Positions 21,410 to 32,082 of a stretch of 64,000 bases of DNA are shown piece after piece (position 1 is the stretch's first letter; the number at the start of each line of letters is the position of its first letter). Under the pieces are notes generated by a model. That model ran no database searches, was not told the origin of the DNA, and saw only the letters and a program-made list of their open reading frames with translations. The position numbers and the translations under genes were made by a program. This DNA is from Coraliomargarita sp. (GTDB taxonomy: Bacteria > Verrucomicrobiota > Verrucomicrobiia > Opitutales > Coraliomargaritaceae). The stretch spans positions 6,416-70,415 of the forward strand of contig PAAN01000021.1 in assembly GCA_002699365.1 (NCBI GenBank), in the 5' to 3' direction.

Positions 21410-22416
21410 ATAAGGTAGGCATACTCGGAGCGACTGGGGCGGTCGGTCAAGAAATCATTCGTTTACTCCACGAACGTAATTTTCCGTTCAGTGAGTTACA
21501 TCTACTTGCTTCTGCTCGTTCAGCAGGCAAAACACACAAGTATGCAGGTAAGAAATGGACCATTCACGAGGCTACCGAAGCTAGTTTTTCTGGGTTAGAT
21601 ATCTGCATTTTTAGTGCTGGAACCGGTCAATCCTTGCAGTTCGCAGAAGCTGCATCTAACTGCGGTTGTATAGTTGTCGATAATTCTTCGGCATTTCGAA
21701 TGGATCCAAACGTTCCGCTCATTGTACCTGAGGTCAATCCAAATGCTATTGATGATCACAAGGGTATTATTGCTAATCCTAATTGCTCAACGGCAATCAC
21801 TCTAATGGGACTGTATCCCTTACACCAAGCATTTGGCTTAAAGCGCTTCATAGCATCCACCTATCAAGCTGTATCGGGTAGTGGCGCCGCTGGCTTAGCG
21901 GAATTAGAAATGCAGACCAAGGCTTGGTGCAATGGCGAGCCTTTGAAGCGTGAAGTCTTTCCTCACCAAATCGCCTTCAACCTGATTCCTCACGTGGATA
22001 GTTTCGAAGAAGATGGTTACACTCGCGAAGAGATGAAAATGTTTCATGAAGGTAAAAAAATCATGGGGATTGATGACTTACGAGTGACGTGCACCTGTGT
22101 TCGCGTGCCAGTTCTTCGTGCGCACTGCATTTCAATAAGCGCAGAATTTGAGCGACCTGTTAACGTTCAATCTGCACATTCTAGCATTCAATCTTTCCAG
22201 GGAGTAGAGTTAGTTGATGACCCAAGACATCTAAAATACCCGATGCCACTAGATTATTCGGAAATAGTCCCATGTGCAGTAGGGCGCATTCGTAAAGACG
22301 GGGTTTTTGATAATGGATTAGCCTTATGGGTAACAGGGGACCAATTATGGAAGGGTGCTGCGCTCAATGCCATACAGATTGCAGAATTGTTACATACTAA
22401 GGACCTCGTAAAATAA
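21403..22416 (+). CDS. asd: aspartate-semialdehyde dehydrogenase
   Basis: 337 aa; GATGAVGQ Rossmann motif and the active-site context IANPNCST. Confidence 0.9.
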   Translation: MAYKVGILGATGAVGQEIIRLLHERNFPFSELHLLASARSAGKTHKYAGKKWTIHEATEASFSGLDICIFSAGTGQSLQFAEAASNCGCIVVDNSSAFRMDPNVPLIVPEVNPNAIDDHKGIIANPNCSTAITLMGLYPLHQAFGLKRFIASTYQAVSGSGAAGLAELEMQTKAWCNGEPLKREVFPHQIAFNLIPHVDSFEEDGYTREEMKMFHEGKKIMGIDDLRVTCTCVRVPVLRAHCISISAEFERPVNVQSAHSSIQSFQGVELVDDPRHLKYPMPLDYSEIVPCAVGRIRKDGVFDNGLALWVTGDQLWKGAALNAIQIAELLHTKDLVK

Positions 22417-22428
22417 GTTAACTTCTCG

Positions 22429-22833
22429 ATGCTTGAACTAGCTCGTCATCTATCGGACTGCAGTCTACTTATTCTAATTTGGATAGTACAACTGGCTATT
22501 TATCCATCTTTTCAATTTATGTCTACTGAACAGCTAATACAGTGGCATGCTAAATACACAGAACGCATGGCGTGGATAGCTGGTCCATTAATTCTGCTTC
22601 AAACAACAATCGTTAGCATACAGATCGCTCAAGAAACAAGTGCCATACATATACTATCTGGGTGTGTCGTCGGTGTTACTTGGATGCTAACTTATTTTGT
22701 TTCTATTCCCTTGCACCGCGCGATTAGTCAAGATGGAGCCGGCCCAGTAGTACTTAAAAAATTGGTAGATACGAACTGGTACCGTACTATTTGCTGGTCT
22801 GTCCTGTTTGCTATAGGGTGGTGGGCTAACTAG
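22429..22833 (+). CDS. small integral membrane protein, function unknown
   Basis: 134 aa with four hydrophobic segments. I recognise no family. Confidence 0.5.
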   Translation: MLELARHLSDCSLLILIWIVQLAIYPSFQFMSTEQLIQWHAKYTERMAWIAGPLILLQTTIVSIQIAQETSAIHILSGCVVGVTWMLTYFVSIPLHRAISQDGAGPVVLKKLVDTNWYRTICWSVLFAIGWWAN

Positions 22834-22846
22834 AAAAGGGCAGCAC

Positions 22847-24376
22847 TTAAATCCGACCACTGAGCATATTTAGCTCCCGTAAATATTGCGCACATTCTAG
22901 TTGTAGCGCTTCTAATTGAGAATTTGTGATGCGCCATTGCCAGTTTCCACTAGCTGCGCCTGGTGTATTTAATCGGGCCTCTGTGCCAAGACTCATAATA
23001 TCTTGTACAGGAACGATTGCCAATCGACCAACCGAGGAGAGGGCACAGCGAACGAGATCCGCTGCGATTGTCTCTCCAGTAACTTTTAAGTAAGTACGCA
23101 CTTGGTTTTTAGCTGATTCATGTAGACTAGAAAACCATCCAACTGTTGTGTCGTTATCATGTGTACCTGTATACACTACGCTATTAACTGTGTGATTGTG
23201 CGGTAGATATGCATTGGATGAATTCTCATCAAATGCAAATTGCAAGACTGCCATACCAGGAAATCCAGTTGCTAAATGTAGTGATTCGACAGCCTCAGTG
23301 ATAACGCCAAGATTCTCTGCAATAATTTGAGCTTCAGGAAACTTCGAATGTATCGCATTAAATAATTTTATACCTGGGCTTTTTTCCCAACTACCATTTC
23401 GGGCGGTAGACTCATTTGCTGAAACTGACCAATAAGACTCAAAACCACGAAAATGGTCAAGGCGTACAATATCATAAAAGCTTAAATTATTACCAATACG
23501 CTCCAACCACCAAGAAAAATTACTGTTGATGTGCGCAGGCCAATTATACAATGGGTTACCCCATAGTTGACCATCAACTGAAAAGTAATCGGGTGGTACT
23601 CCTGCAACTGCTATTGGCTCACCATTTATCGTAAGCTGAAAGAGTTCGCGGTTGGACCAAACATCAGAACTATCAAGAGATACAAAAATAGGTATGTCTC
23701 CCATGATTTTAACTCCATTTAATTTACAATAGGTATGCAGGCGCTCAAATTGCGCATAAAACAGGTACTGATAAAACACTTGAGCATCGATTGCATCTTC
23801 GAGTTCTTGTGTACGCTCTAAGTTATAGGCAGTATTATAGTTTCGATACTTAGTCGGCCAATCCAACCAACAACTACCATTATATTGACTTTTTAGAGCC
23901 ATAAATAAGGCATAATCTTCTATCCAAGATGATTGCTGCTCGCGAAATTGGCGTATACTTCCATAAATGCCTACACTATCTTTTCCAGAAGCTAAAAAAC
24001 GTTGATGTGCGATTGTTAAAAGTGGCCAATAAGAGCTGTATAAAGTACCATAATCGACGAACTCATTGGATAATTCTTGGAGACTTTTTCTTTCATCACT
24101 TAAAAGTAAGCCTTCCGATTCTAGTGGATCTAGATCTATAAAATATGGATTACCTGCAAATGCAGAAAAACACTGATATGGAGAGTCTCCATAACCCGTA
24201 GGACCAAGCGGGCATATCTGCCAAACGCGCATACCGCTATCCTTTAAAAAATCAACGAAGCGATAAGCGCTAGAACCAAAATTACCGACGCCAGTAAAAG
24301 AGGGTAAGGAAGAAATCGGTAACTGCACACCAGTAGACCTTGATTGTAGCCAATTATATAAAGCGTCTTCAGCCAT
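22847..24376 (-). CDS. malQ: 4-alpha-glucanotransferase (amylomaltase, GH77)
   Basis: 509 aa; GH77-like blocks (GDSPYQCFSAFAGNPYFID, VRLDHFRGF, GDIPIFV, YTGTHDNDT). Confidence 0.9.
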   Translation of the reverse strand: MAEDALYNWLQSRSTGVQLPISSLPSFTGVGNFGSSAYRFVDFLKDSGMRVWQICPLGPTGYGDSPYQCFSAFAGNPYFIDLDPLESEGLLLSDERKSLQELSNEFVDYGTLYSSYWPLLTIAHQRFLASGKDSVGIYGSIRQFREQQSSWIEDYALFMALKSQYNGSCWLDWPTKYRNYNTAYNLERTQELEDAIDAQVFYQYLFYAQFERLHTYCKLNGVKIMGDIPIFVSLDSSDVWSNRELFQLTINGEPIAVAGVPPDYFSVDGQLWGNPLYNWPAHINSNFSWWLERIGNNLSFYDIVRLDHFRGFESYWSVSANESTARNGSWEKSPGIKLFNAIHSKFPEAQIIAENLGVITEAVESLHLATGFPGMAVLQFAFDENSSNAYLPHNHTVNSVVYTGTHDNDTTVGWFSSLHESAKNQVRTYLKVTGETIAADLVRCALSSVGRLAIVPVQDIMSLGTEARLNTPGAASGNWQWRITNSQLEALQLECAQYLRELNMLSGRI

Positions 24377-24478
24377 GTCGTTAAGACCTTACTAAGTAGC
24401 TATGGCATTCAGAACAGTGGCTAGAATTAAAACTAGACATAATATATATTGTGCGAAGTATAGACTTTACTTAGTTAC

Positions 24479-25705
24479 CTAATTAGCTAGTCCCCAGCGT
24501 TTTGTGAAAGGATAATAGATAAAGATCGCTTTACCGATGACGGATTGATCTGGAACAAAGCCCCAATAACGACTGTCTGCTGAATTTGCAGAATTGTCCC
24601 CTAATGCAACGTAACTATTTTCGGGCACTCGCATACTACGACCCTTGGCCAATAAACGCTCATTGATATATCCGCTATATTCACCGACTTGCTTTGAGTT
24701 ACTAACAAAAGCCTCTACCTCAGTGCGTGGTGTATTGTTAACATGCAATGTACCATCAATGATTTCAATTTCCTCGTATTCGGCACCCCCGATTCTTTTG
24801 ATGTAATACTTTGGCGTATAATCTCCGGTAGCCCTACCAACTGCCTCTAATATATCATTTGTGCGAAACACGAAAGGATCTCCAACTTTAGGTTTACGAA
24901 AGTGATAGGATAAACGGTCCACAAACAAGGCATCACCAAGAGTAATGGAAAATTCCAATAAAGTATCGCCCACATTGACCTGTTGCCCAAAACTTATCGC
25001 TACTAGGCCATTTCCTAAGTTACGGATATTCGTTGGTGTCGACTTTTTTAGTAGGCTTTTTTCTAAAGTATCTTCAAGGCCGAACTCAAGTGGCACACGA
25101 AGCCTGTGCGGCTTTTCATCGACTAAAAACGTATACTCTTTGAGACGAGTAGGCATAATACCAAACCATTTTCGCCCGTCAACGACCTCATAAAAAACAA
25201 CTTGTCCACCGTTACTTGTCTGCGCAACAAGTAGCTCAATTTCTCCACTATTGTTAGCGATTACCTTATAGTGACGCGCCCCAAGTGTGAGTTTGTTTAA
25301 GACCCTAGATAATCGACTAGGTGAAGTATCCCCATTGTAAACTATAGAGTTCATTCCACTGTAGGTGGGATACATAGAATTTGTTGGTATTATAAATGGC
25401 TGAAAAAAGAATGATCGAATACCAATTACTATAATAGCTGCAACTAATAGGACTTCTATATTATCACTTAAAAAAGTCTTTGGGTAAATTTTACCTCCCA
25501 CTTTGCGCAGCAATTGATCCAACTGATCCAATTTAGGATTCAGTACTGCTTGATTTTCTTGTTTATTATATAGTAAGATTTCTACTTCTTTAACTAACAC
25601 TTTAAGCGCTGCGTATTGACCTGGAGCTATAATATCACGACGATAATTACTAACCCTATAGGCAGCATGTAGTAATTCTTTTGCTTTTTTACGTCGATTT
25701 TTCAT
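24479..25705 (-). CDS. lepB: signal peptidase I (long form)
   Basis: 408 aa; SPase I boxes (IPTNSMYPT, GDNSANSADSRYWGFVP). It lies downstream of lepA, as in many bacteria. Confidence 0.85.
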   Translation of the reverse strand: MKNRRKKAKELLHAAYRVSNYRRDIIAPGQYAALKVLVKEVEILLYNKQENQAVLNPKLDQLDQLLRKVGGKIYPKTFLSDNIEVLLVAAIIVIGIRSFFFQPFIIPTNSMYPTYSGMNSIVYNGDTSPSRLSRVLNKLTLGARHYKVIANNSGEIELLVAQTSNGGQVVFYEVVDGRKWFGIMPTRLKEYTFLVDEKPHRLRVPLEFGLEDTLEKSLLKKSTPTNIRNLGNGLVAISFGQQVNVGDTLLEFSITLGDALFVDRLSYHFRKPKVGDPFVFRTNDILEAVGRATGDYTPKYYIKRIGGAEYEEIEIIDGTLHVNNTPRTEVEAFVSNSKQVGEYSGYINERLLAKGRSMRVPENSYVALGDNSANSADSRYWGFVPDQSVIGKAIFIYYPFTKRWGLAN

Positions 25706-25799
25706 GAGATTAGTAACTTGTAAATTTAGACAATTAATAAGTAGGAGCGCTTAAGAATTGCGAGTTTCATTTATGCGCAATTAACAACAAATGGAGTAC

Positions 25800-27611
25800 T
25801 CAGTTGCCGCCATCTGAGGTCTTTAGAATTTTGATAAAAGCATCCTGAGGAATCGACACGCTGCCAATATTTTTCATGCGCTTCTTGCCCTCTTTTTGCT
25901 TCTCGAGAAGTTTACGCTTACGCGATATATCTCCACCATAACATTTCGCAGTAACGTCCTTACGATACGCACTGATTGTTTCTCGAGCCACTACTTTTCC
26001 TCCCACAGCCGCTTGAATAGCAATCTTAAACATCTGGCGCGGTAAAATTTCCTTTAAGCGGCCGCATAAAGCGCGCCCCCTGCCCTCCGCCTTATCGACG
26101 TGTACGATAGAGGAAAAAGCGTCTATTTGTTCTTGATTAACGAGTAAATCCAAGCGGCATAATTTGCCTAAATCGTAACCATCCATTTCATAATCCATAG
26201 ATCCATAGCCATGCGTCACGCTTTTTAATCGATCATTAAAGTCCACCAATATTTCGTTAAGTGGCACACGACACACTAACATCACTCGCGTATCATCAAT
26301 AGTTTCAGTGTGTTCACATATGCCGCGCTTTTCACTCATCAAAGCAAGTACATCTCCTATAGATTTGCTAGGAATGTGAATAGCTGCCTTGATCATAGGT
26401 TCTGCAATCGACTCTATTTCTGCAGGATCTGGTAGATGAACTGGATTATGAACTTCAATCATATCCCCGCCAGTTTTCGTCACGTTATAGACCACACTAG
26501 GATAAGTGGAAATTACATCTAGATCATATTCACGTCGTATTCGCTCTTGAATTATTTCCATGTGTAGCAAGCCCAAGAAACCACAACGAAAGCCAAAGCC
26601 CAGCGCTACCGAGTTTTCTGATTGATAGACAAAGGCGGCATCATTCAAACGTAATTTACCCATCGATGCTTTAAGCTTATTATAATCACTGGTATCGATT
26701 GGATAAATGCCGCTAAATACCATTGGACTGACCTCCTTATATCCAGGAAGCATCTCATCAGCAGGTGAATTGGTATGTGTTATAGTGTCCCCTAGCTTAA
26801 TATCAGCTACATCACGTATATTAGTCACAATATAGCCGACATCACCTGCTTGAAGCTTCTCTAATTTACTCATCTGCGGAGAAAACTTACCCACCTCTTT
26901 AACTTGGGATTTTCGGCCATCGCTCATCATTAGAATTTGATCAGACGCCTGCACGTTTCCGGAGAACACACGTACGTAGCAAATGACCCCCTTGTACGCA
27001 TCATAGACACAGTCAAATATTAGCACGCGTAAGCCATCCATATCTGCCCAGCGTGGTTTTGGCATACGCGTGACTGCTGCCTCCATTAAATCGTCTATGC
27101 CAAGTCCAGTTTTACCACTTGTGAGAACTGCTTCTTCTGCAGGTATGGCTAGTACATCTTCTAACTGTTGCTGCATTGCCGGAATATCTGCGCCTGGAAG
27201 ATCCACCTTATTAATTACAGGTATAATCTCTAGGCCTTGCTCAATTGCTAATTGCGCATTAGCGACTGTTTGCGCTTCGATTCCTTGCGCTGCATCAATT
27301 AGTAGCATAGCGCCCTCACAAGCAGTCAGACTACGCGATACTTCATATGAAAAATCCACATGACCCGGAGTATCAATCAAATTAAAAGTATAGTCTTGGC
27401 CATCCTTCGCGGTGTATATCATCGAAACGGGGTGACTTTTTATAGTAATGCCACGCTCACGTTCAAGATCCATGGAATCAAGGAGTTGTTCCTTCATATC
27501 ACGCACCTCCACTGTCTGCGTAAGCTCTAATATTCGATCCGATAGAGTCGTTTTACCATGATCTACATGAGCAATGATACAAAAGTTGCGAGTATGATTA
27601 AGGTCAGTCAT
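25800..27611 (-). CDS. lepA: elongation factor 4
   Basis: 603 aa; GTPase motifs ([22 protein letters not shown]) and a LepA-specific C-terminal domain. Confidence 0.9.
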   Translation of the reverse strand: MTDLNHTRNFCIIAHVDHGKTTLSDRILELTQTVEVRDMKEQLLDSMDLERERGITIKSHPVSMIYTAKDGQDYTFNLIDTPGHVDFSYEVSRSLTACEGAMLLIDAAQGIEAQTVANAQLAIEQGLEIIPVINKVDLPGADIPAMQQQLEDVLAIPAEEAVLTSGKTGLGIDDLMEAAVTRMPKPRWADMDGLRVLIFDCVYDAYKGVICYVRVFSGNVQASDQILMMSDGRKSQVKEVGKFSPQMSKLEKLQAGDVGYIVTNIRDVADIKLGDTITHTNSPADEMLPGYKEVSPMVFSGIYPIDTSDYNKLKASMGKLRLNDAAFVYQSENSVALGFGFRCGFLGLLHMEIIQERIRREYDLDVISTYPSVVYNVTKTGGDMIEVHNPVHLPDPAEIESIAEPMIKAAIHIPSKSIGDVLALMSEKRGICEHTETIDDTRVMLVCRVPLNEILVDFNDRLKSVTHGYGSMDYEMDGYDLGKLCRLDLLVNQEQIDAFSSIVHVDKAEGRGRALCGRLKEILPRQMFKIAIQAAVGGKVVARETISAYRKDVTAKCYGGDISRKRKLLEKQKEGKKRMKNIGSVSIPQDAFIKILKTSDGGN

Positions 27612-27745
27612 CCTAAGAATGCGAAATGCACTACCATCACGTCACAATTGGAAAAATCAATCACGGATCTTAAGTGTATAGTAGCAGGTGTACTTCGTCG
27701 ACCAATCCAGTGCAGTTATTTGACTAATTAGGACTTTACGAATGA

Positions 27746-28651
27746 TCACAAAGGCAACTCTTCGTACTCAGAAAAAGGTGTCACTTTAAGAGATTTATCG
27801 ATACGTTTTGCAAATCCAGTAAGTACTTTACCAGGCCCGCACTCGTAGAGCTTAGTTAAAGAATGGTCATTTGCAGCATTACGTAAACAATCCTCAAAGC
27901 GGACAGAAGAAACAATTTGTTTTATAAGTGCATCCTTAATTGCCTGCCCAGATTCAACGCGATCTCCTGTTACATTTGTATAGGTGGCATACCTTGGAGG
28001 ACTAAAATTAAAATCTTTGATAAACGCAGCGAATGTATCACTTGCTGACTGCATGAGTTTGCTATGATAGGCGCCCGCCACATTAAGCAGTTTACATAGT
28101 TTAAATCGCCCTTTTGACGCAGTTACTGCTTCGATGATTTGATGCTTATTGCCAGAAATGACAATTTGTCCCGGACAATTAAGATTGGCGATTTCGATGC
28201 CTAATTCATCGCAAAATATTTGTACTTCATCTGTAGTTCCTCCGATCACTGCAGCCATACCACCCTCGGTTGTATCGCATGCTTCTTGCATGAGCCGCCC
28301 TCGCTCGGCAACTAATCGTAAGCCAGTTTCAAAGTCATATACCTGTGCGACTGCAAGTGCAGTTAATTCACCAAGACTTAGTCCGCAGACGGCAGTTAAG
28401 TCGTCTAAATGGCCTCTTTCTTGCAGAATGGAAAATAAAGCATAGCCATGTACATAGAGCGCTGGTTGGCAGGCTTTTGTTTCCGTAAGAACAGATTCGG
28501 GACCCTCAAAACAAACACTTTTAAAGTTCCAGCCAAGGATGTCATCTGCCTTATCGTATAACTCTCGAGCAATGGCTGAGTTTTTGTAGAGCGAATGCCC
28601 CATTCCAACAGTTTGTGCGCCTTGGCCGGAGAAAAGTAATCCCTTGCTCAT
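27746..28651 (-). CDS. fabD: malonyl-CoA:ACP transacylase
   Basis: 301 aa; FSGQGAQ N-terminus, active-site GLSLGE and a later AYHS. Confidence 0.9.
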   Translation of the reverse strand: MSKGLLFSGQGAQTVGMGHSLYKNSAIARELYDKADDILGWNFKSVCFEGPESVLTETKACQPALYVHGYALFSILQERGHLDDLTAVCGLSLGELTALAVAQVYDFETGLRLVAERGRLMQEACDTTEGGMAAVIGGTTDEVQIFCDELGIEIANLNCPGQIVISGNKHQIIEAVTASKGRFKLCKLLNVAGAYHSKLMQSASDTFAAFIKDFNFSPPRYATYTNVTGDRVESGQAIKDALIKQIVSSVRFEDCLRNAANDHSLTKLYECGPGKVLTGFAKRIDKSLKVTPFSEYEELPL

Positions 28652-28847
28652 AATTTTTGTATTTCTAATTAATTACACTATTAGATTTAAGTCTGAATAT
28701 AAAATATAATTTTAAGAATCATATATAATACAAATAAACTAATCTATATGATGGTTAAAGATTATCGTATTAGGTTTGCAAGAATCCTTTGATCTCGCAT
28801 CAATATAAAATGTGTTTATTAAGTTTTATATGCATTAACGTATAGTT

Positions 28848-29636
28848 ATGGTTACAATTAATATAGATAAGTACTGGTCTGAGTTGCGTGAACAGGCGAC
28901 TGCGATTATCAAGCGTGAACCAGGTTTAGCTTCACTGTGCAACGAAACAGTCCTAGAGCGCAGTTCTTTTGCAGAGTGCATCGCATATCGAACCACTCGT
29001 AAACTCGCCAACCATGCGGCCTCAGTTGATGTATTGCACGCTACTTTCTTAGAAGCATTTGCCAGCGATCCTGATATATTACGACAAATTGCGTGTGACA
29101 TGCAGGCAGTCTGTGATCGCGACCCTGCGTGCCTCGATGTGCTGACTCCCCTACTTTACTTCAAAGGCTTTCAGGCTTTAGTTTGTTACCGAGTCGCTCA
29201 CTTTCTTTGGCGCTATGATAGGCGCGAATTTGCGCTCTATCTTCAAAGCCTTGTTGCAGAAACATTTGCCGTCGATATACACCCGGCAGCAAAAATAGCC
29301 TGTGGCATTCTTCTCGACCATGCAACTGGGTTTGTCGCAGGTGAAACGACAGTAATTGAAAAAGATGTCTCTATCTTACATGAAGTTACTTTGGGTGGTA
29401 CTGGTAAAGATCGTGGCGACCGCCACCCCAAAGTACGCTCTGGCGTCTTGCTCGGTGCTGGCGCAAAAATTCTCGGAAATGTCGAAATTGGCACCTGTGC
29501 AAAGGTTGGAGCTGGCAGCGTAGTACTCAAAGATGTGCCTGCATATACAAGTGTCGCAGGCGTTCCAGCAGAAATTATTGGTAAAACAAGTGATGTATCC
29601 CCAGCGCTAGGCATGTGCCACGAGATAGAAGAGTAA
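28848..29636 (+). CDS. cysE: serine O-acetyltransferase
   Basis: 262 aa; SATase N-terminal helical domain plus hexapeptide repeats (DIHPAAKI...GGTGK...RHPKV...VLLGAGAKILG). Confidence 0.85.
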   Translation: MVTINIDKYWSELREQATAIIKREPGLASLCNETVLERSSFAECIAYRTTRKLANHAASVDVLHATFLEAFASDPDILRQIACDMQAVCDRDPACLDVLTPLLYFKGFQALVCYRVAHFLWRYDRREFALYLQSLVAETFAVDIHPAAKIACGILLDHATGFVAGETTVIEKDVSILHEVTLGGTGKDRGDRHPKVRSGVLLGAGAKILGNVEIGTCAKVGAGSVVLKDVPAYTSVAGVPAEIIGKTSDVSPALGMCHEIEE

Positions 29637-29685
29637 TTTTTTTATGCGATTGGCATTCACTATAATTTAGTAATACCAAGGATCG

Positions 29686-31914
29686 ATGCTCAGTATCGCC
29701 ACACTCGATAGTCAAAATGCCCTATGGTCACTGTGCCTAGCTATAGCGGCAGGCTGTTTCTTAACGGTACTAGCCCGGCGGCTACACTTACCGACTATTG
29801 TACTACTTTTACTAGGTGGTTTTGCATTTGGTGCAGAAGGATTAGGCATTCTCAATGCAGACGCATTGGGAGATTTTCTACCTCCTGTTGTTTCTTTAGC
29901 AGTCGCACTTATATTATTTGAAGGTGGACTTACACTGGACCTAAAAGGCTTTAGTCAAACTTCCACAGTAATACGCCGCCTTTTAACGATCGGAGTATTG
30001 ATTACTTGGATAGGATCAGCACTTACTGTCTTCTATATTTTTGATACGACCCCTTCCATGGCGCTGCTCATGGGCAGTCTTATTATCGTAACTGGTCCTA
30101 CGGTGATCGTTCCGCTACTGCGACGTATTCGAATACAACAACGCTTGGGTAGCATCTTGCACTGGGAAGCCGTTTTGATTGATTCTATCGGTGTATTTGT
30201 AGCCATTTTATGCTACGAATGGGTCGTTGAAGGTGGTGGCACTGTAGCCATACCAAATTTCTTGATTCGAATCATTAGTGGGGCTGCAATAGGAGGTATC
30301 GGCGGCTATGGCATCTATTTTGCGATGCATCGCAGTTTAGTGCCAGATAACATTGTGAATGCTTTTGCTCTAGCTAGCGCGATGTTGATTTTTGGTTTAA
30401 CCGAGCTCATACGACCCGAGGCTGGCTTATTAGCAGTTACAGTAGCGGGGCTTATTGTAGGCCTTAAAAAGCCCAGGCAACTTCGCGAAATAAAGGCATT
30501 TAAGGCAGAAATTGTCGATTTGCTGATTGGTCTACTATTCTTACTTCTTGTATCGCGCTTAAGAATCGATCAGTTCGAAAATTTCTTCGACTTAGGTGGC
30601 GGTTGGGTATTATTATCAGTTATAGTATTTGTTCGCCCATTAAGCGTAATTGCTTCTGCTTGGGGGACACCGCTGAAGGTACGTGAGCGTGTACTACTCA
30701 GTTACGTAGCTCCGCGTGGAGTAGTTGCTGCATCCATGGCTTCCTTATTTGCGCTTTCACTAGCAGCCAAAAATCCAGATAGTACCTATCCAGCCTTAAT
30801 AGAGTCATTTGTATACTCGGTAATTTGCGCAACTGTACTCATTCAAGGACTGTCTTCAGGATTGGTCGCACGCCTACTCCGACTTCAGCGCCCTGCTCCG
30901 AATGACTGGGTGATTATAGGCGCCCATCACTTTGCTCGTGAATTAGCAAAAAGGCTAACGCGCGAAGATGAGCTGTCGGTAATATTACTCGATACGAATG
31001 CACGAAATGTATCTCTAGCTAAACGAGAAGGACTCATAGCGCTAAACTGCGATGGTATGGAAGCAGAAAAGCTCTATGAAGAAGAACCGTTACTTTTTGG
31101 TACAGGATATGTACTCGCACTGACAGATAACATCGAATTTAACCAAATTTTAATGCAAAGATGGGCGGAAATTTTAGACAATGAGAAAGTCTATGGATGG
31201 ATTCCTCAAGACAGTCCACACGCAGAGGATCAAATTACCGGCCAGTCTGCATTCGGTGATCTCACCCGTCCCTCAGTTATTGGAACTGAGCTAATGCAAG
31301 GAGAGAGTAGTTTTGAAGTTGTTACTTGGAAAAGTGGTAAAACCCTACCCTCTGGTGATTGGCACCCCCTGTTCGTGCGACGCGGACGATCCATAAAAGT
31401 AATTGCCAATGACGCGGCACTCAAAGACGTAGCTAAAGAAGAGCAAGAGGTACTATGTCTACGCCGTACAAAAGGGTTCTTATTGCGTGCCCTACAAAAC
31501 GGCGATTACGCGACCCTTCACATTGAATCCATACCAGACCTATATGGACAATTGATAGATCTTGCAGGTCAAAAAATCGATGGAATATCAAAGGAGAGTA
31601 TTTTAACCAATTTAAATGCGCAGCAAAAAGTCTTTCCTGCTTTTATGGGTCATGGAATAGCAATACCACATGCACATTGCGATGGCTTGGAAACTAGGGT
31701 GTGTTTTGTCGCCAAACTAAATCAAGGATTACAGGTACAGGGACAAGAAGATGGCATCGACTTCGTATTCTTTTTATTAAGTCCAGTTGGAGATGATGAA
31801 GGCCACTTAGCTACACTTGCAGATATTGCTCGTAACTGCCGGTCCGAACGTACCAGAGAGCAGATTAAGCGGTCCCAATCAATCGATGCAATTATAGCTA
31901 CGATGACAACTTAA
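29686..31914 (+). CDS. CPA1-type cation:proton antiporter fused to cytoplasmic regulatory domains, including a C-terminal PTS EIIA(Ntr/Fru)-type domain
   Basis: 742 aa; roughly 400 aa of multi-helix Na+/H+ exchanger-like membrane domain, then a soluble region ending with ...FPAFMGHGIAIPHAH...IDFVFFLLSP, which is typical of EIIA type 2. Confidence 0.7.
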   Translation: MLSIATLDSQNALWSLCLAIAAGCFLTVLARRLHLPTIVLLLLGGFAFGAEGLGILNADALGDFLPPVVSLAVALILFEGGLTLDLKGFSQTSTVIRRLLTIGVLITWIGSALTVFYIFDTTPSMALLMGSLIIVTGPTVIVPLLRRIRIQQRLGSILHWEAVLIDSIGVFVAILCYEWVVEGGGTVAIPNFLIRIISGAAIGGIGGYGIYFAMHRSLVPDNIVNAFALASAMLIFGLTELIRPEAGLLAVTVAGLIVGLKKPRQLREIKAFKAEIVDLLIGLLFLLLVSRLRIDQFENFFDLGGGWVLLSVIVFVRPLSVIASAWGTPLKVRERVLLSYVAPRGVVAASMASLFALSLAAKNPDSTYPALIESFVYSVICATVLIQGLSSGLVARLLRLQRPAPNDWVIIGAHHFARELAKRLTREDELSVILLDTNARNVSLAKREGLIALNCDGMEAEKLYEEEPLLFGTGYVLALTDNIEFNQILMQRWAEILDNEKVYGWIPQDSPHAEDQITGQSAFGDLTRPSVIGTELMQGESSFEVVTWKSGKTLPSGDWHPLFVRRGRSIKVIANDAALKDVAKEEQEVLCLRRTKGFLLRALQNGDYATLHIESIPDLYGQLIDLAGQKIDGISKESILTNLNAQQKVFPAFMGHGIAIPHAHCDGLETRVCFVAKLNQGLQVQGQEDGIDFVFFLLSPVGDDEGHLATLADIARNCRSERTREQIKRSQSIDAIIATMTT

Positions 31915-31995
31915 AGTACTAAATTTGTTGCGGCGTAGATAGCGTAGAGTTGACAGATCATTAAAAGCACGACTTATGGACTACTATTATTTTTT

Positions 31996-32081
<86 letters not shown>

Positions 32082-32082
32082 C

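Noticed and set aside
31950-31979. Possible sigma-70-type promoter for tRNA-Leu (TTGACA at 31950..31955)
   Set aside because: There is no convincing -10 hexamer at 16-19 nt spacing, so it is too weak to report as a feature.
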